Below, one piece after another: positions 16,683-26,370 of a DNA stretch of 64,000 bases. Numbering within the stretch: the stretch's first letter is position 1; every line of letters starts with the position of its first letter. The notes below the pieces were generated by a model. The model saw nothing but the letters and a program-made list of their open reading frames with translations. It did no database searches and was not told the origin of the DNA. The translations under genes were made by a program, and so were the position numbers. This DNA is from Candidatus Jorgensenbacteria bacterium GW2011_GWB1_50_10. GTDB taxonomy: Bacteria > Patescibacteriota > Minisyncoccia > UBA6257 > GWB1-50-10. The stretch lies in contig LCQK01000001.1 in assembly GCA_001004105.1 (NCBI GenBank), positions 166,928-230,927 on the forward strand, in the 5' to 3' direction.

Positions 16683-16889
16683 ATGCGCAAAAAATTGAAA
16701 TCGATTCTCGGTTGGTTCGGATTTCACATTGACCCGGAGCAAAAAACCGCGTTTGACGTTGTCTGCGGAATGGAATTAAAATCGTTTTCTATCAAACAGG
16801 CGAGCCCTTACAAAGGCGAAACTTATTACTTTTGTTCTGAATCATGCAAGGATCATTTTGATGCCGACCCTAAAAAGTACATCGGATAA
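16683..16889 (+). CDS. YHS/TRASH domain metal-binding protein
   Basis: DPEQKTAFDVVCGMEL...YYFCSESCKDHF..P.KY; ATG at 16683. Confidence 0.7.
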   Translation: MRKKLKSILGWFGFHIDPEQKTAFDVVCGMELKSFSIKQASPYKGETYYFCSESCKDHFDADPKKYIG

Positions 16890-17630
16890 ATGCAATACGC
16901 TTGGTTAATTTGGAGCTTGATACTTCTCGCGATTTGGTTTGCGGTCTACCTTTCGCTGAAAAATAAAGAGAGCCGGAAAGAAATGCTTACGGTGAGTTTC
17001 TGGACTTCTCTTTTGGGTTTTACCGAACCGCTTTTCGTGCCGGAGTACTGGGCGCCGCCTTCGCTCTTTGATTTGGCGATGCGAACAGGTTTTGACGTAG
17101 AAAGTCTGATTTTTTCTTTCGGCATCGGCGGAATTGCGGTTGTGCTCTACGAACGGGTTTTCCGCACAAAACACGAGCTAATGCCGCAAAAAGAACGGCA
17201 CGCCGGAGGCCACCGTTATCATTTGTGGGCAATCATTTCCACACCGGTTATTCTTGTTGTTCTTCTTTTGACGACGAATCTAAATCCCATTTATTCGTCC
17301 GCTATTGCTTTAGTTGCGGGAGGATTGTTTACTTGGTATTGCCGGCCCGACTTGAAGAAAAAAATGATTGCAAGCGCATTTATTTTTTTTGGCCTCTACT
17401 TTTTATATTTTTTGACTTTAATAATAATGTTCCCCGGTTATGTTGAAAAAGTATGGAATTTGAGCGTTATTTCCGGAATTTTAGTCTTGGGCATACCGCT
17501 TGAGGAACTGATGTTCGCTTTGAGTTTCGGATTTTTGTGGTCAAGTATTTACGAGCATTTCACCTGGCGGCGGGTAAAAAATCTTGACACAAGCGTTATA
17601 ATGATAAGAAAAGGTCGGAAAATTAAATGA
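16890..17630 (+). CDS. Hypothetical polytopic membrane protein (about 7 TM)
   Basis: 246 aa, hydrophobic throughout. Confidence 0.5.
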   Translation: MQYAWLIWSLILLAIWFAVYLSLKNKESRKEMLTVSFWTSLLGFTEPLFVPEYWAPPSLFDLAMRTGFDVESLIFSFGIGGIAVVLYERVFRTKHELMPQKERHAGGHRYHLWAIISTPVILVVLLLTTNLNPIYSSAIALVAGGLFTWYCRPDLKKKMIASAFIFFGLYFLYFLTLIIMFPGYVEKVWNLSVISGILVLGIPLEELMFALSFGFLWSSIYEHFTWRRVKNLDTSVIMIRKGRKIK

Positions 17631-17634
17631 ACTA

Positions 17635-18120
17635 ATGAATCAGGAGTTAAATAAAAATTCGGCGAAATGGCTTTTTGTCCTGCGGGTCGTAACCGGCTGG
17701 CTCATGTTTTACGCTGGTATCACCAAGATTCTTGACCCGAACTGGAGCGCCGCCGGTTACCTGAAGGGCGCGCAAACGTTTGCCGGATTCTACCAGTGGC
17801 TTGCTAGTGACAGTCTGCTTGGCATCGTTAATTTCGTTAACGAGTGGGGTCTTACGATTTTGGGTGTGTCGCTTATCTTGGGTATCGGCGTGAGATTGAG
17901 CTCCATTTTGGGCGCGATTCTCATGCTTCTCTACTATTTTCCAGTGGCGAACTTCCCTTTTGTGGAGCACGGGTTTATCGTGGACGACCACATTATTGAC
18001 GCCGCCGTTCTCGCGTTTTTGGCCGCCGTTCGGGCGGGTCGTTATTACGGATTGGAGCGCTGGTGTTCCAATTTGCCGATTTGTTCGAAGTTCCCAAAGT
18101 TGCGGAACTGGCTTGGATAA
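17635..18120 (+). CDS. DoxX family membrane protein
   Basis: WLFVLRVVTGWLMFYAGITKI...DoxX-like 4-TM pattern. Confidence 0.65.
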   Translation: MNQELNKNSAKWLFVLRVVTGWLMFYAGITKILDPNWSAAGYLKGAQTFAGFYQWLASDSLLGIVNFVNEWGLTILGVSLILGIGVRLSSILGAILMLLYYFPVANFPFVEHGFIVDDHIIDAAVLAFLAAVRAGRYYGLERWCSNLPICSKFPKLRNWLG

Positions 18121-18136
18121 GTAAACTGAAACCCAT

Positions 18137-18463
18137 ATGAAGTTGGGTATTATCTTGCAGTCAAATAAACCGGAACACGCTTGGAATACGTTTCGTTTGG
18201 GAATCACGGCGCTTAAAGCCGGTCATCGGGTAGAAGTTTTTTTAATGAACGAAGGCTCGGAGCTTGATGCTATTCCCGATTCTAAAGATTTTGACATCTC
18301 TGCAAAACTGGCGGAATTCAAAGAACTGAAAGGCGAAATATACGCCTGCGGCACTTGTCTCGAATTGCGTGGAAAGAGCGAAAGCAAAGTGTGTCCGGTT
18401 TCCACGATGTCCGATTTATTAAAAATGGTTGAGAAGTCGGACAAAGTTTTAGTTTTTGGATAA
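18137..18463 (+). CDS. DsrE/DsrF-like sulfur-relay family protein
   Basis: 108 aa; KLGIIL...FLMNEG..YACGTC pattern. Confidence 0.65.
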   Translation: MKLGIILQSNKPEHAWNTFRLGITALKAGHRVEVFLMNEGSELDAIPDSKDFDISAKLAEFKELKGEIYACGTCLELRGKSESKVCPVSTMSDLLKMVEKSDKVLVFG

Positions 18464-18490
18464 AATGATAAAAAGTAATAAAATGAACCT

Positions 18491-18871
18491 ATGAATACAA
18501 AACTTATTGAATGGATCCTGCGTATCGCAGTTGCCGGAGAGTTTATCGGTCACGGTGTATTTGCGCTTCAGGGTCGCAAAGCATGGGTGGAATGGTTTTC
18601 TATTTTCGGCATCTCTGATGCCCAGACCGCAACCACGCTTTTGTGGCTTGTCGGTTTAATGGATGTCTTCTTGGCGGTTTTGATTCTAATTAAACCAGTT
18701 CGCCTCGCGCTTCTTTGGATGGCTTTCTGGGGCTTCTGGACCGCGCTTATGCGCCCCGTTGCCGGAGAGTCAATTTTTGAATTCGTAGAAAGATGGGCTA
18801 ACTGGGGAGCACCGCTGGCGTTGCTCCTCACAGTCGGTTGGCCTAAATCTTTTAAGGAATGGTTCAAATGA
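18491..18871 (+). CDS. Hypothetical membrane protein
   Basis: 126 aa, 3-4 TM. Confidence 0.5.
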   Translation: MNTKLIEWILRIAVAGEFIGHGVFALQGRKAWVEWFSIFGISDAQTATTLLWLVGLMDVFLAVLILIKPVRLALLWMAFWGFWTALMRPVAGESIFEFVERWANWGAPLALLLTVGWPKSFKEWFK

Positions 18872-19470
18872 AAGTTATGAGGAAATTTATAATTACAACT
18901 TTTGTTTTAGGATTGGCTCTCGTTATTGCTGGCCCAGCAAAGGCTCAAATGATGGGCAATTTTTCCAATACGACGGTTGATTGGAACGAAGTCGTCGAGC
19001 ATACTGCCCGCGAAGAACAAGAAGGCAAAGAGCTTTGGGATAAATTTCAAGCCAAAGAGGTCGCTTGCGAGAATTTGAGCGACGAACAGTTTGGGGTACT
19101 CGGCGAGTATTTTATGGGGCAAATGGCCGGAGATTCGCACGCCGCCATGAACGCGATGATGATTCAGACGCACGGTGAAGACGGCGAGGAGCAAATTCAT
19201 ATTGTCATGGGCAAGCGTCTTTCCGGTTGCGATACCTCGGCGGCATTTCCTTTTGGCGGCAGCGGCTGGATGCCCATGATGAATATGATGTGGGGAGGTT
19301 GGTCGGCTCCTCTTGGTGATAATAATTCGAATAATATGATGTGGAATTGGGGTCAAAACATGATGGGTTGGGGAGGATTCGGGTGGCTCTTTACGCTTAC
19401 CTGGATTGTCTGGCTTATTGTCGGCATCTTCCTCGCCGTCTGGCTTTGGCAGAAAATCAATAAGAAATAA
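18868..19470 (+). CDS. Exported Met-rich (MMxxMM / MNMMWGGW) protein with C-terminal TM anchor; putative copper-binding
   Basis: ATGA overlap with the upstream stop; signal peptide; Met-rich repeats typical of Cu(I) binding; adjacent to the Cu-ATPase. Confidence 0.55.
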   Translation: MKVMRKFIITTFVLGLALVIAGPAKAQMMGNFSNTTVDWNEVVEHTAREEQEGKELWDKFQAKEVACENLSDEQFGVLGEYFMGQMAGDSHAAMNAMMIQTHGEDGEEQIHIVMGKRLSGCDTSAAFPFGGSGWMPMMNMMWGGWSAPLGDNNSNNMMWNWGQNMMGWGGFGWLFTLTWIVWLIVGIFLAVWLWQKINKK

Positions 19471-19473
19471 TCA

Positions 19474-21582
19474 ATGAGTGAAAAAGTTTACATTTGTCCG
19501 ATGCACCCGGACGTTAAATCATCCGTGCCCGGTCTTTGTCCCGACTGCGGAATGCGGCTTGTGGAAATAAAAGAAAAGGCAAAGCATTACAAGCACAAAG
19601 AGCAGGGAGACAACGATTATGACAAGCACGCCGGTCACAGCACAATTTCCTTTTTGCGCAAGTTTTGGGTGAGTTTGATTTTAACCGTCCCGGTAGTCCT
19701 TTATTCGGATATTGCCGAAAAAGTTTTGAAAATCAAAATGCCGGTTTTTACCGGCTCGGATTATCTCGCGGCGATTTTGGGCTCGGTTGTATTTTTCTAC
19801 GGCGGCTGGATATTTCTTGCAAGCGGATGGCGCGAAATGAAGGCACGCTTGCCTGGAATGATGACTCTGATTGCGATCGCCATAACCGCCGCCTACTTCT
19901 GGAGCGTCTATGCAGTTTTTGCCGGAGCAGATACTCTCTTTTGGGAACTTACTACTTTAATTACCATCATGCTCCTTGGTCACTTTTTGGAGATGCGGGC
20001 GGTGCAGAGTTCGCGGCGGGCGCTCTCTGAACTTTCCAAGCTTCTGCCGGATAAAGCCGAAGTGATAAAAGACGGCAAGAGCGAGATGATTCCTTTGAAT
20101 AAACTCCAGGTGAGCGACGTTATTTTTGTCCGGCCGGGCGGCCGCATTCCGGCTGACGGTGTTGTAACGGAGGGCGAATCCGACGTAGATGAATCGCTTA
20201 TGACCGGCGAGTCCAAACCGATTAAGAAAAAGGCGGGGAATGAGGTTATTGCCGGGGCTTTGAACACCGACGGCTCGCTCAAAATCAAGGTGGCCAGAAT
20301 CGGCGAACAAACGTTTCTCTCCGGCGTGATGCGGCTCGTGCGCGAGGCCGAGGTCTCCAAATCGCGGCTCCAGGTTTTATCCGACCGGGCGGCGTTTTAT
20401 CTCACGATTATCGCCGTTTTTTCCGGAATTATTACTTTAGTTGCTTGGCTTCTCTCCGGTAGGGAAGTTTCTTTTGCCGTTTCGAGGTTGGTTGCGGTAT
20501 TGGTCATTGCCTGTCCGCACGCGCTCGGGCTTGCCGTGCCTTTGGTCGCTTCTATTTCCACAACACTTGCGGCCAAGCGCGGATTTTTGGTAAGGCAGCG
20601 TTTGGCACTTGAGGCGGCAAGGAACGTTGATGTAGTGCTTTTTGACAAGACCGGCACGCTTACCCGCGGCGCTTACGGTGTGACCGAAGCGGTGGCTTAT
20701 GATTCGACGACGACGGACCGCCTGCTTCAGGTCGCAGCTTCCGTCGATGCTCATTCCGAACACTTCATTTCGCACGCCATTGTGAAAGAGGCAAAAACAA
20801 GAAACATTGATTTGCTTGAAGTCAAAAATTTCCAGCGAGTGGCCGGTAAGGGCGTGCGGGGCACAATTGACGGGAAAATTTTTCTTGTGGGCGGCGAAGC
20901 GATTTTAAACGAGAGCGGCGTGGTTGTTCCCGAAGCGCTGCGGGCAGAGATTAACGAACTCAAAAATCAGGGCAAAACGATTGTTTATGTTGTTTCGGAT
21001 GCCGTTTTTTACGGCTTCTTTGCTTTAGCCGACGTAATAAGGGAAGAATCTAAGGAAGCGGTGCGGGAACTCAAAAAATTGGGCGTGAAAACGGCGATGC
21101 TGACTGGCGACTCTGAAGAAGTGGCCAAGTGGGTGGCATTCGAAACCGGTTTGGAGGAATATTTTGCCCGCGTTCTGCCGGGCGAGAAAGCGAATATAGT
21201 TAAAAAACTTCAAGCCGAAGGCCGCCGGGTGGCGATGGTGGGCGACGGCATCAATGACGCGCCAGCTCTAACACAGTCGGATTTGGGAATAGCTATCGGC
21301 GCGGGCACGAACGTGGCGATCGAATCGGCCGGCATAATTTTGGTGCGGAACGACCCGCGCGACATCACTTCCATCGTCAAACTTTCGCGGGCGACCTATT
21401 CCAAAATGATTCAAAATCTCTTTTGGGCAACTGGCTACAATATTGTCGCCCTGCCGCTTGCCGCCGGCGTACTTGCAAGTCAGGGAATACTTTTAGAACC
21501 GGCCCTTGCCGCCGTTTTCATGTCGCTTTCAACCGTGATAGTCGCCTTCAACGCTTTACTTCTCAAGCGCCGCGTCTTATAA
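19474..21582 (+). CDS. copB: Copper-translocating P1B-type ATPase (CopB-like, CPH motif) with N-terminal CPMHP...CPxCGMxL metal-binding domain and His-rich stretch
   Basis: DKTGTLT, TGES, GDGINDAP, transmembrane CPH (VIACPHALGLA), N-terminal YICPMHPDV..CPDCGMRL. Confidence 0.9.
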   Translation: MSEKVYICPMHPDVKSSVPGLCPDCGMRLVEIKEKAKHYKHKEQGDNDYDKHAGHSTISFLRKFWVSLILTVPVVLYSDIAEKVLKIKMPVFTGSDYLAAILGSVVFFYGGWIFLASGWREMKARLPGMMTLIAIAITAAYFWSVYAVFAGADTLFWELTTLITIMLLGHFLEMRAVQSSRRALSELSKLLPDKAEVIKDGKSEMIPLNKLQVSDVIFVRPGGRIPADGVVTEGESDVDESLMTGESKPIKKKAGNEVIAGALNTDGSLKIKVARIGEQTFLSGVMRLVREAEVSKSRLQVLSDRAAFYLTIIAVFSGIITLVAWLLSGREVSFAVSRLVAVLVIACPHALGLAVPLVASISTTLAAKRGFLVRQRLALEAARNVDVVLFDKTGTLTRGAYGVTEAVAYDSTTTDRLLQVAASVDAHSEHFISHAIVKEAKTRNIDLLEVKNFQRVAGKGVRGTIDGKIFLVGGEAILNESGVVVPEALRAEINELKNQGKTIVYVVSDAVFYGFFALADVIREESKEAVRELKKLGVKTAMLTGDSEEVAKWVAFETGLEEYFARVLPGEKANIVKKLQAEGRRVAMVGDGINDAPALTQSDLGIAIGAGTNVAIESAGIILVRNDPRDITSIVKLSRATYSKMIQNLFWATGYNIVALPLAAGVLASQGILLEPALAAVFMSLSTVIVAFNALLLKRRVL

Positions 21583-21599
21583 TTCAAAAATAAAAAACT

Positions 21600-21683
21600 A
21601 TGAACGGTTCTGAGTTTTGGATTTTCGCCGTTATCGCCTTTATTCTCGTTATCTTGGGCTTTAATTTTGTTTTCGCTTCCTGA
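21600..21683 (+). CDS. Candidate 27-aa single-TM peptide (MNGSEFWIFAVIAFILVILGFNFVFAS) coupled to the downstream nuclease gene
   Basis: Stop and next start overlap as TGATG; no SD; highly hydrophobic. Confidence 0.25.
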   Translation: MNGSEFWIFAVIAFILVILGFNFVFAS

Positions 21684-22441
21684 TGCCGAATGGGCAGAGG
21701 ATAAGAAATCTTTTCAATCCCGACTCGCAAGAGCCCTTTAAGCTTAGCCGTTCCAAGTTGGAGCTTTTCACCGAGTGCCCGCGGTGTTTTTATCTGGACC
21801 GCCGCTTAGGCATTGGACGGCCGTCCGGTCCGCCGTTTACGTTGAATAACGCCGTGGATTTCTTGCTGAAAAAGGAATTTGATCTGCACCGGGCGCGCGG
21901 AGAGCGCCATCCGCTCATGGCCGCTTACGGGATAGAGGCGGTGCCTTACCCTTCCGACCATATGGACGAGTGGCGGAATAATTTCCAAGGCGTTCAGTTT
22001 TTTCATCGGCCGACCAAACTTTTAATAACTGGCGCAATAGACGATATCTGGATTGACAATAAAAAAGAATTGATTGTCGTGGATTACAAAGCGACAAGCA
22101 CCCAGAATGGCGTGAACATAAATTCCGAATACCGGGTTTCCTACAAGCGGCAGATGGAAATTTATCAATGGCTCTTGCGGCAGAATGGTTTCAAGGTTTC
22201 GGACGTCGGCTATTTTGTCTATGCCAATGGCGACAAAGACAAGGCGGCCTTTGACGGCAAGCTGGAATTCAAGGTGGAAATCATTCCGTACAAAGGGAAC
22301 GACGCATGGGTGGAAAAAACCGTTTTCGCCGCGCATAAGTGCCTTATCGGCGATTTGCCGAAGCCGGGAGAAAACTGCGAGTACTGCCTGTATAGGGCGG
22401 CGGCAAGCAAACATGAGGACGAGAAGCGTTTAGGGTTATAA
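21683..22441 (+). CDS. PD-(D/E)XK nuclease superfamily protein, Cas4/RecB-like with 4-Cys Fe-S motif
   Basis: N-terminal CPRC, central GAIDDIWID..IVVDYKAT, C-terminal C..C..C (CLIGD..CEYC); no CRISPR-cas nearby. Confidence 0.65.
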   Translation: MPNGQRIRNLFNPDSQEPFKLSRSKLELFTECPRCFYLDRRLGIGRPSGPPFTLNNAVDFLLKKEFDLHRARGERHPLMAAYGIEAVPYPSDHMDEWRNNFQGVQFFHRPTKLLITGAIDDIWIDNKKELIVVDYKATSTQNGVNINSEYRVSYKRQMEIYQWLLRQNGFKVSDVGYFVYANGDKDKAAFDGKLEFKVEIIPYKGNDAWVEKTVFAAHKCLIGDLPKPGENCEYCLYRAAASKHEDEKRLGL

Positions 22442-23419
22442 TTGATCATGGAAGCAGAAAAAATGATTTACGAAGATATTAAAAATTTTTTCGGGCAATT
22501 CGCCTGGAAACCGGAGATCGTTAACGATGATGGAGAGCGGTTTCGCAAATTCCTTGCGGTCGGCATGGGCGGTTCTAATCTCGCCGCCGATCTCGTGAGG
22601 ATTTTGCGGCCGGATTTGGACATTGCCGTCCACCGCGATTATGGCCTGCCGGAATATCTGGAAGCCGACCGGCTCGTCCTTTTGTGTTCCCACTCCGGCA
22701 ACACCGAGGAGGTAATTGACGCCTACAATGAGGCGGGTAAAAGAAATTTTAAAAGAATGGCGATTGGTGCGGGAGGAAAGCTCTTGGAACTTGCGGAAAA
22801 GGATAAAACTCCCTACCTTAGATTTCCGGAAAACAAAATTCAGCCGCGGGTCGCTTTGGGTTTCAGTTTCCTCGCGCTTTTGAAGGCAATCGGCGATGAG
22901 AAACTATTGGAAGCGTCGTCGCTTCTTGCGAAAACTTTAAAGCCGGCGGATTCGGAAGAAAACGGCAAGAAACTTGCCGAGGGTTTAAGAGGTTTCGTAC
23001 CGGTCATCTACGCCTCCAACAGAAATAAAGGACTCTCTTATGTTTGGAAAGTTATTTTCAACGAAACGGCGAAGATACCCGCTTTTGCGAACGTGTTTCC
23101 GGAATTGAACCACAACGAAATGACGGGTTTTGATTTTAACGGAGAAACAAAGCCGATGAACGAAAAATTGGCGTTTATATTTTTGGAAGACGGCGCAGAT
23201 TATTCTCGCATTACAAAAAGAGCGACCGTAACGATAAAACTTATGAGCGGCAAGAGATTCAAAGTTGAAAAAGTGGTTTTGACCGGTTCCTCGCCGGTAG
23301 AAAAAATTTTCAACTCCATCATTCTTGCTCACTTCACGGCTTATCATCTAGCTTTGAATTACGGAGTGGAGCCGGAAGCGGTGCCGATGGTTGAGGATTT
23401 TAAAAAGCTGATTGGTTAG
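22442..23419 (+). CDS. Bifunctional phosphoglucose/phosphomannose isomerase (archaeal-type PGI/PMI, SIS domain)
   Basis: 325 aa; GMGGSNLAADL, CSHSGNTEE SIS motifs. Confidence 0.7.
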   Translation: MIMEAEKMIYEDIKNFFGQFAWKPEIVNDDGERFRKFLAVGMGGSNLAADLVRILRPDLDIAVHRDYGLPEYLEADRLVLLCSHSGNTEEVIDAYNEAGKRNFKRMAIGAGGKLLELAEKDKTPYLRFPENKIQPRVALGFSFLALLKAIGDEKLLEASSLLAKTLKPADSEENGKKLAEGLRGFVPVIYASNRNKGLSYVWKVIFNETAKIPAFANVFPELNHNEMTGFDFNGETKPMNEKLAFIFLEDGADYSRITKRATVTIKLMSGKRFKVEKVVLTGSSPVEKIFNSIILAHFTAYHLALNYGVEPEAVPMVEDFKKLIG

Positions 23420-23422
23420 ACG

Positions 23423-24070
23423 ATGAGAAGTAAATTTCTTCTGTTTGTTATCGTTGTTGTTCTTGCGCTTGTCATCTGGACTTCGTATGAAGCGGAAAGG
23501 TTTCTTGAGGATTTTTTGGCGGTTTCGGGGAAGCTCATTGCCGGCAACGAGATTGTCGTCGGTCTTATTTTTTTTGTTCTCGGCGCGTTCTCCGCAATGT
23601 TCGCTTTTTTCTCAAGCGTAGTTCTGGTGCCGGTCGCCGTTTACAATTTCGGGCTTTTCCCCACTTTTGTTCTCCTCTTCGGCAGCTGGCTTCTAGGCGG
23701 CACGGCTGCTTACTTCATTGGCAAGGGCCTGGGCCGGCGCATTATCAACCGTTTTTGGGCGTCCGGAAAATTGGATTATTACGAGAATTTAATCGCCGAC
23801 AAGCTCAATTTTTTCTTGGTTCTTCTTTTTCGGCTCGCCATGCCGGCGGAGATTCCCGGTTATCTTCTGGGAATTCTACGATATGGATTTAAGCCATATC
23901 TTTTGGCAACCGCCTTAGCGGAACTGCCCTTCGCCTTGGGCGCCGTCTACGGCAGCGAGTTCTTCTTGAATCGCCAAAAATCACTTTTTATCGCCGTCCT
24001 AGCCGCCGCAGCTCTAATTTTTACCATTGCGTTTTATTTTTTCCGCCGCAGGACGGATAGTATAAAATAA
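23423..24070 (+). CDS. TVP38/TMEM64 (DedA-related) family membrane protein
   Basis: 215 aa; multi-TM with GxxxLGRRIINRF pattern. Confidence 0.65.
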   Translation: MRSKFLLFVIVVVLALVIWTSYEAERFLEDFLAVSGKLIAGNEIVVGLIFFVLGAFSAMFAFFSSVVLVPVAVYNFGLFPTFVLLFGSWLLGGTAAYFIGKGLGRRIINRFWASGKLDYYENLIADKLNFFLVLLFRLAMPAEIPGYLLGILRYGFKPYLLATALAELPFALGAVYGSEFFLNRQKSLFIAVLAAAALIFTIAFYFFRRRTDSIK

Positions 24071-24074
24071 GAAC

Positions 24075-24338
24075 ATGGTTGAGAGATTCATAAAACCAGA
24101 AGAACGAACAGGTGATTCTTTAAGTGTTCAGGAAACCAATGAGGCGCAGTTGCGTCTTATGGAGCTTGCGGGTGTGGCTGATACGCCGGCGCGAGCGGCT
24201 TGGATTGCCGAAAATTCCGGCGCTTTCCGGGAGTTGCTCAACGACCCCGATTTCCGGCAACTGGTGAGAGACGGCAATTTCGACGAAGCCAAGCTCCGCT
24301 TGGATAATTTTAAGGCGGAAGAGCAAAAAGCGGCATGA
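24075..24338 (+). CDS. Hypothetical small protein
   Basis: 87 aa, hydrophilic, coupled to sodA. Confidence 0.45.
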   Translation: MVERFIKPEERTGDSLSVQETNEAQLRLMELAGVADTPARAAWIAENSGAFRELLNDPDFRQLVRDGNFDEAKLRLDNFKAEEQKAA

Positions 24339-24943
24339 GGCACGAACTACCAAAACTACCGTATGCCTACGATGCTTTGGAACCGTACATTGATGCGCGG
24401 ACGATGGAAATTCATCACACCAAGCACCACCAGGGCTACGTGGATAAATTGAATAAGGCGCTTGAGGGGCACCTGGATTTGGAGAGTAAGACGCTTGAGG
24501 AACTGCTTGGTGATCTTGAAGCGGTGCCGGAGGATATTCGGACAGCGGTGCGGAATCAGGGCGGCGGCCACTTCAACCACTCGCTTTTCTGGAAAATCAT
24601 GGCGCCGAAAGCAGGTGGTGAGCCACAAGGGGATTTAGCGGCGGCAATTGATAAAAATTTCGGCAATTTCGCCAAGTTCAAGGAAAGTTTTGCGAATGCG
24701 GCCTCCGGTGTTTTCGGCAGCGGCTGGGCGTGGTTGGTTGTTAAAAATAGCGAATTGGATATTATGACGACGCCGAATCAGGACAGTCCAATAATGCAGG
24801 GGCAGAAGCCGATTTTAGGTCTGGACGTTTGGGAGCACGCCTATTATCTCAAATATCAAAACAAGCGGCCGGATTACGTCGCTGCTTGGTGGAACGTAGT
24901 CAACTGGGCGGAAGTTCTGCGAAACTTTGAAATGCTAAAATAA
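24335..24943 (+). CDS. sodA: Fe/Mn superoxide dismutase
   Basis: [25 protein letters not shown]; DVWEHAYY. Confidence 0.9.
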   Translation: MRHELPKLPYAYDALEPYIDARTMEIHHTKHHQGYVDKLNKALEGHLDLESKTLEELLGDLEAVPEDIRTAVRNQGGGHFNHSLFWKIMAPKAGGEPQGDLAAAIDKNFGNFAKFKESFANAASGVFGSGWAWLVVKNSELDIMTTPNQDSPIMQGQKPILGLDVWEHAYYLKYQNKRPDYVAAWWNVVNWAEVLRNFEMLK

Positions 24944-24947
24944 AACA

Positions 24948-25424
24948 ATGGAATTGATAAGCGACAATTGGGACGTTATCTTCCGGCTCGCTGCCGCCCT
25001 GATTTTAGGGGGAGTTTTGGGGCTGGAGCGGGAGTTCGCCGGCAAAATGGCGGGGCTCCGGACTTATTCGCTTATAAGCGTCGGTTCCGCTCTTTTTGTA
25101 ATTGTTTCCCAACTGGTGAGCGAAAATTTCATTGGTGTTACTGTCTTTGATCCGCTTCGCGTTGCTTCGCAAATTGTGGTCGGCGTCGGTTTCGTTGGCG
25201 CCGGCCTCGTTATTTTCCGGGAGGTGGAGCACCGGCCGGGCGGGATTACCACCGCCGCGGGCTTGTGGGTTTCGGCCGGAATCGGTATGGCTTCCGGGTT
25301 TGGTCTTTACTCTGTTGCGGTTTTTGGAACAATCGCCGCGCTTTTCATTCTTTGGATTTTGGCTTTTGCCGACAGGAAAATAAGAGAAAAAGCCGAGAGA
25401 GACGAAAACAAAGTCCGCGGATAA
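24948..25424 (+). CDS. mgtC: MgtC/SapB family membrane protein
   Basis: AAALILGGVLGLEREFAGK..GLRTY MgtC signature. Confidence 0.8.
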   Translation: MELISDNWDVIFRLAAALILGGVLGLEREFAGKMAGLRTYSLISVGSALFVIVSQLVSENFIGVTVFDPLRVASQIVVGVGFVGAGLVIFREVEHRPGGITTAAGLWVSAGIGMASGFGLYSVAVFGTIAALFILWILAFADRKIREKAERDENKVRG

Positions 25425-25441
25425 ACCGCGGATTTTTATTT
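25414..25441 (+). terminator. Rho-independent terminator overlapping the mgtC stop
   Basis: TCCGCGGA taaa CCGCGGA followed by TTTTTATTT. Confidence 0.6.
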
Positions 25442-25442
25442 G

Positions 25443-25526
25443 TGCCCGAGGTGGGAGTCGAACCCACATGTCCTTGCGAACACAGGATTTTGAGTCCTGC
25501 GCGTCTGCCAGTTCCGCCACCCGGGC
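25443..25526 (-). tRNA. tRNA-Leu (anticodon CAA), type II with long variable arm
   Basis: GCCCGGG TG GCGG AACTGGCAGAC GC GCAGGA CTCAAAA TCCTGT var GTTCGCAAGGACATG TGGG TTCGACT CCCA CTCGGGC A. Confidence 0.85.
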
Positions 25527-25545
25527 CTGCCTGCCGGCAGGCAGG
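25526..25545. repeat. 20-nt palindrome CCTGCCTGCCGGCAGGCAGG abutting the 5' end of tRNA-Leu
   Basis: Direct read; first base is shared with the tRNA. Confidence 0.9.
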
Positions 25546-25593
25546 CGAAATTTTATTGATAATGCCACAAATATTGGGTAGAGTAAATATTAT

Positions 25594-26370
25594 ATGGCTC
25601 GCGTTATAGCGATTTGCAATCAGAAAGGCGGGGTGGGGAAGACCACGACCGCGATGAACTTATCGGCCTATCTTGCGATGGCCGGCAAGCACACGCTCCT
25701 TGTTGATTTTGACCCGCAATTCAACGCGACGGTGGGAGTGGGCGCAACGCACGCGCCGGACGAAACGATTTATCACGCGCTCTTAGCCGGGGTAGCCGTG
25801 GAGCGGATTATTAAGCCGACCTACCTTTCTAATTTTGAAATCGCACCGTCCTCGGCGGACTTGGCCGGAGCGCTTGTGGAACTCGTGAATTTGCCGGATA
25901 GGGAAACTTATCTTAGAAATTTTATAAACCGTATCCGCGACCGATACGATTTCATTCTCATTGACTTGGGACCGAGTTTGAATCTTCTAACGGTAAACGG
26001 CCTTATGGCTGCTGACGAGGTCATTGTGCCCATCCAGTGTGAGTATTACAGTTTGGAAGGATTGAATCAGCTTTTAGAAACGTTGGATTTGGTGAGAAAC
26101 AATTTGGGGCATCAGATCCAGGTGGCCGGAGCGTTGCTCACCATGTACGACAAACGTGAGAAACTTTCCCGGGAAATCGCCCGCGAAGTGAGACGGCGTT
26201 TTCCGCACAAGGTTTACGAGATTGAAATTCCGCGCTCGGTGGGTCTCGCCGAGGCGCCCCAATTCAAAAAACCGATAATGCTCTACGCTCCCCAGTCCTC
26301 CGGCGCAAGGGCCTATGAGGCGCTTGCCCGCGAGGTTATTGGCGTCCCGTCTTATCCACAAACGGCTTGA
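25594..26370 (+). CDS. parA: Chromosome partitioning ATPase ParA/Soj
   Basis: KGGVGKTTT Walker A; 258 aa. Confidence 0.9.
   Translation: MARVIAICNQKGGVGKTTTAMNLSAYLAMAGKHTLLVDFDPQFNATVGVGATHAPDETIYHALLAGVAVERIIKPTYLSNFEIAPSSADLAGALVELVNLPDRETYLRNFINRIRDRYDFILIDLGPSLNLLTVNGLMAADEVIVPIQCEYYSLEGLNQLLETLDLVRNNLGHQIQVAGALLTMYDKREKLSREIAREVRRRFPHKVYEIEIPRSVGLAEAPQFKKPIMLYAPQSSGARAYEALAREVIGVPSYPQTA

Noticed and set aside
25005-25568. 187-aa minus-strand ORF
   Set aside because: It reads through tRNA-Leu and the palindromic element antisense to mgtC, so it is spurious.
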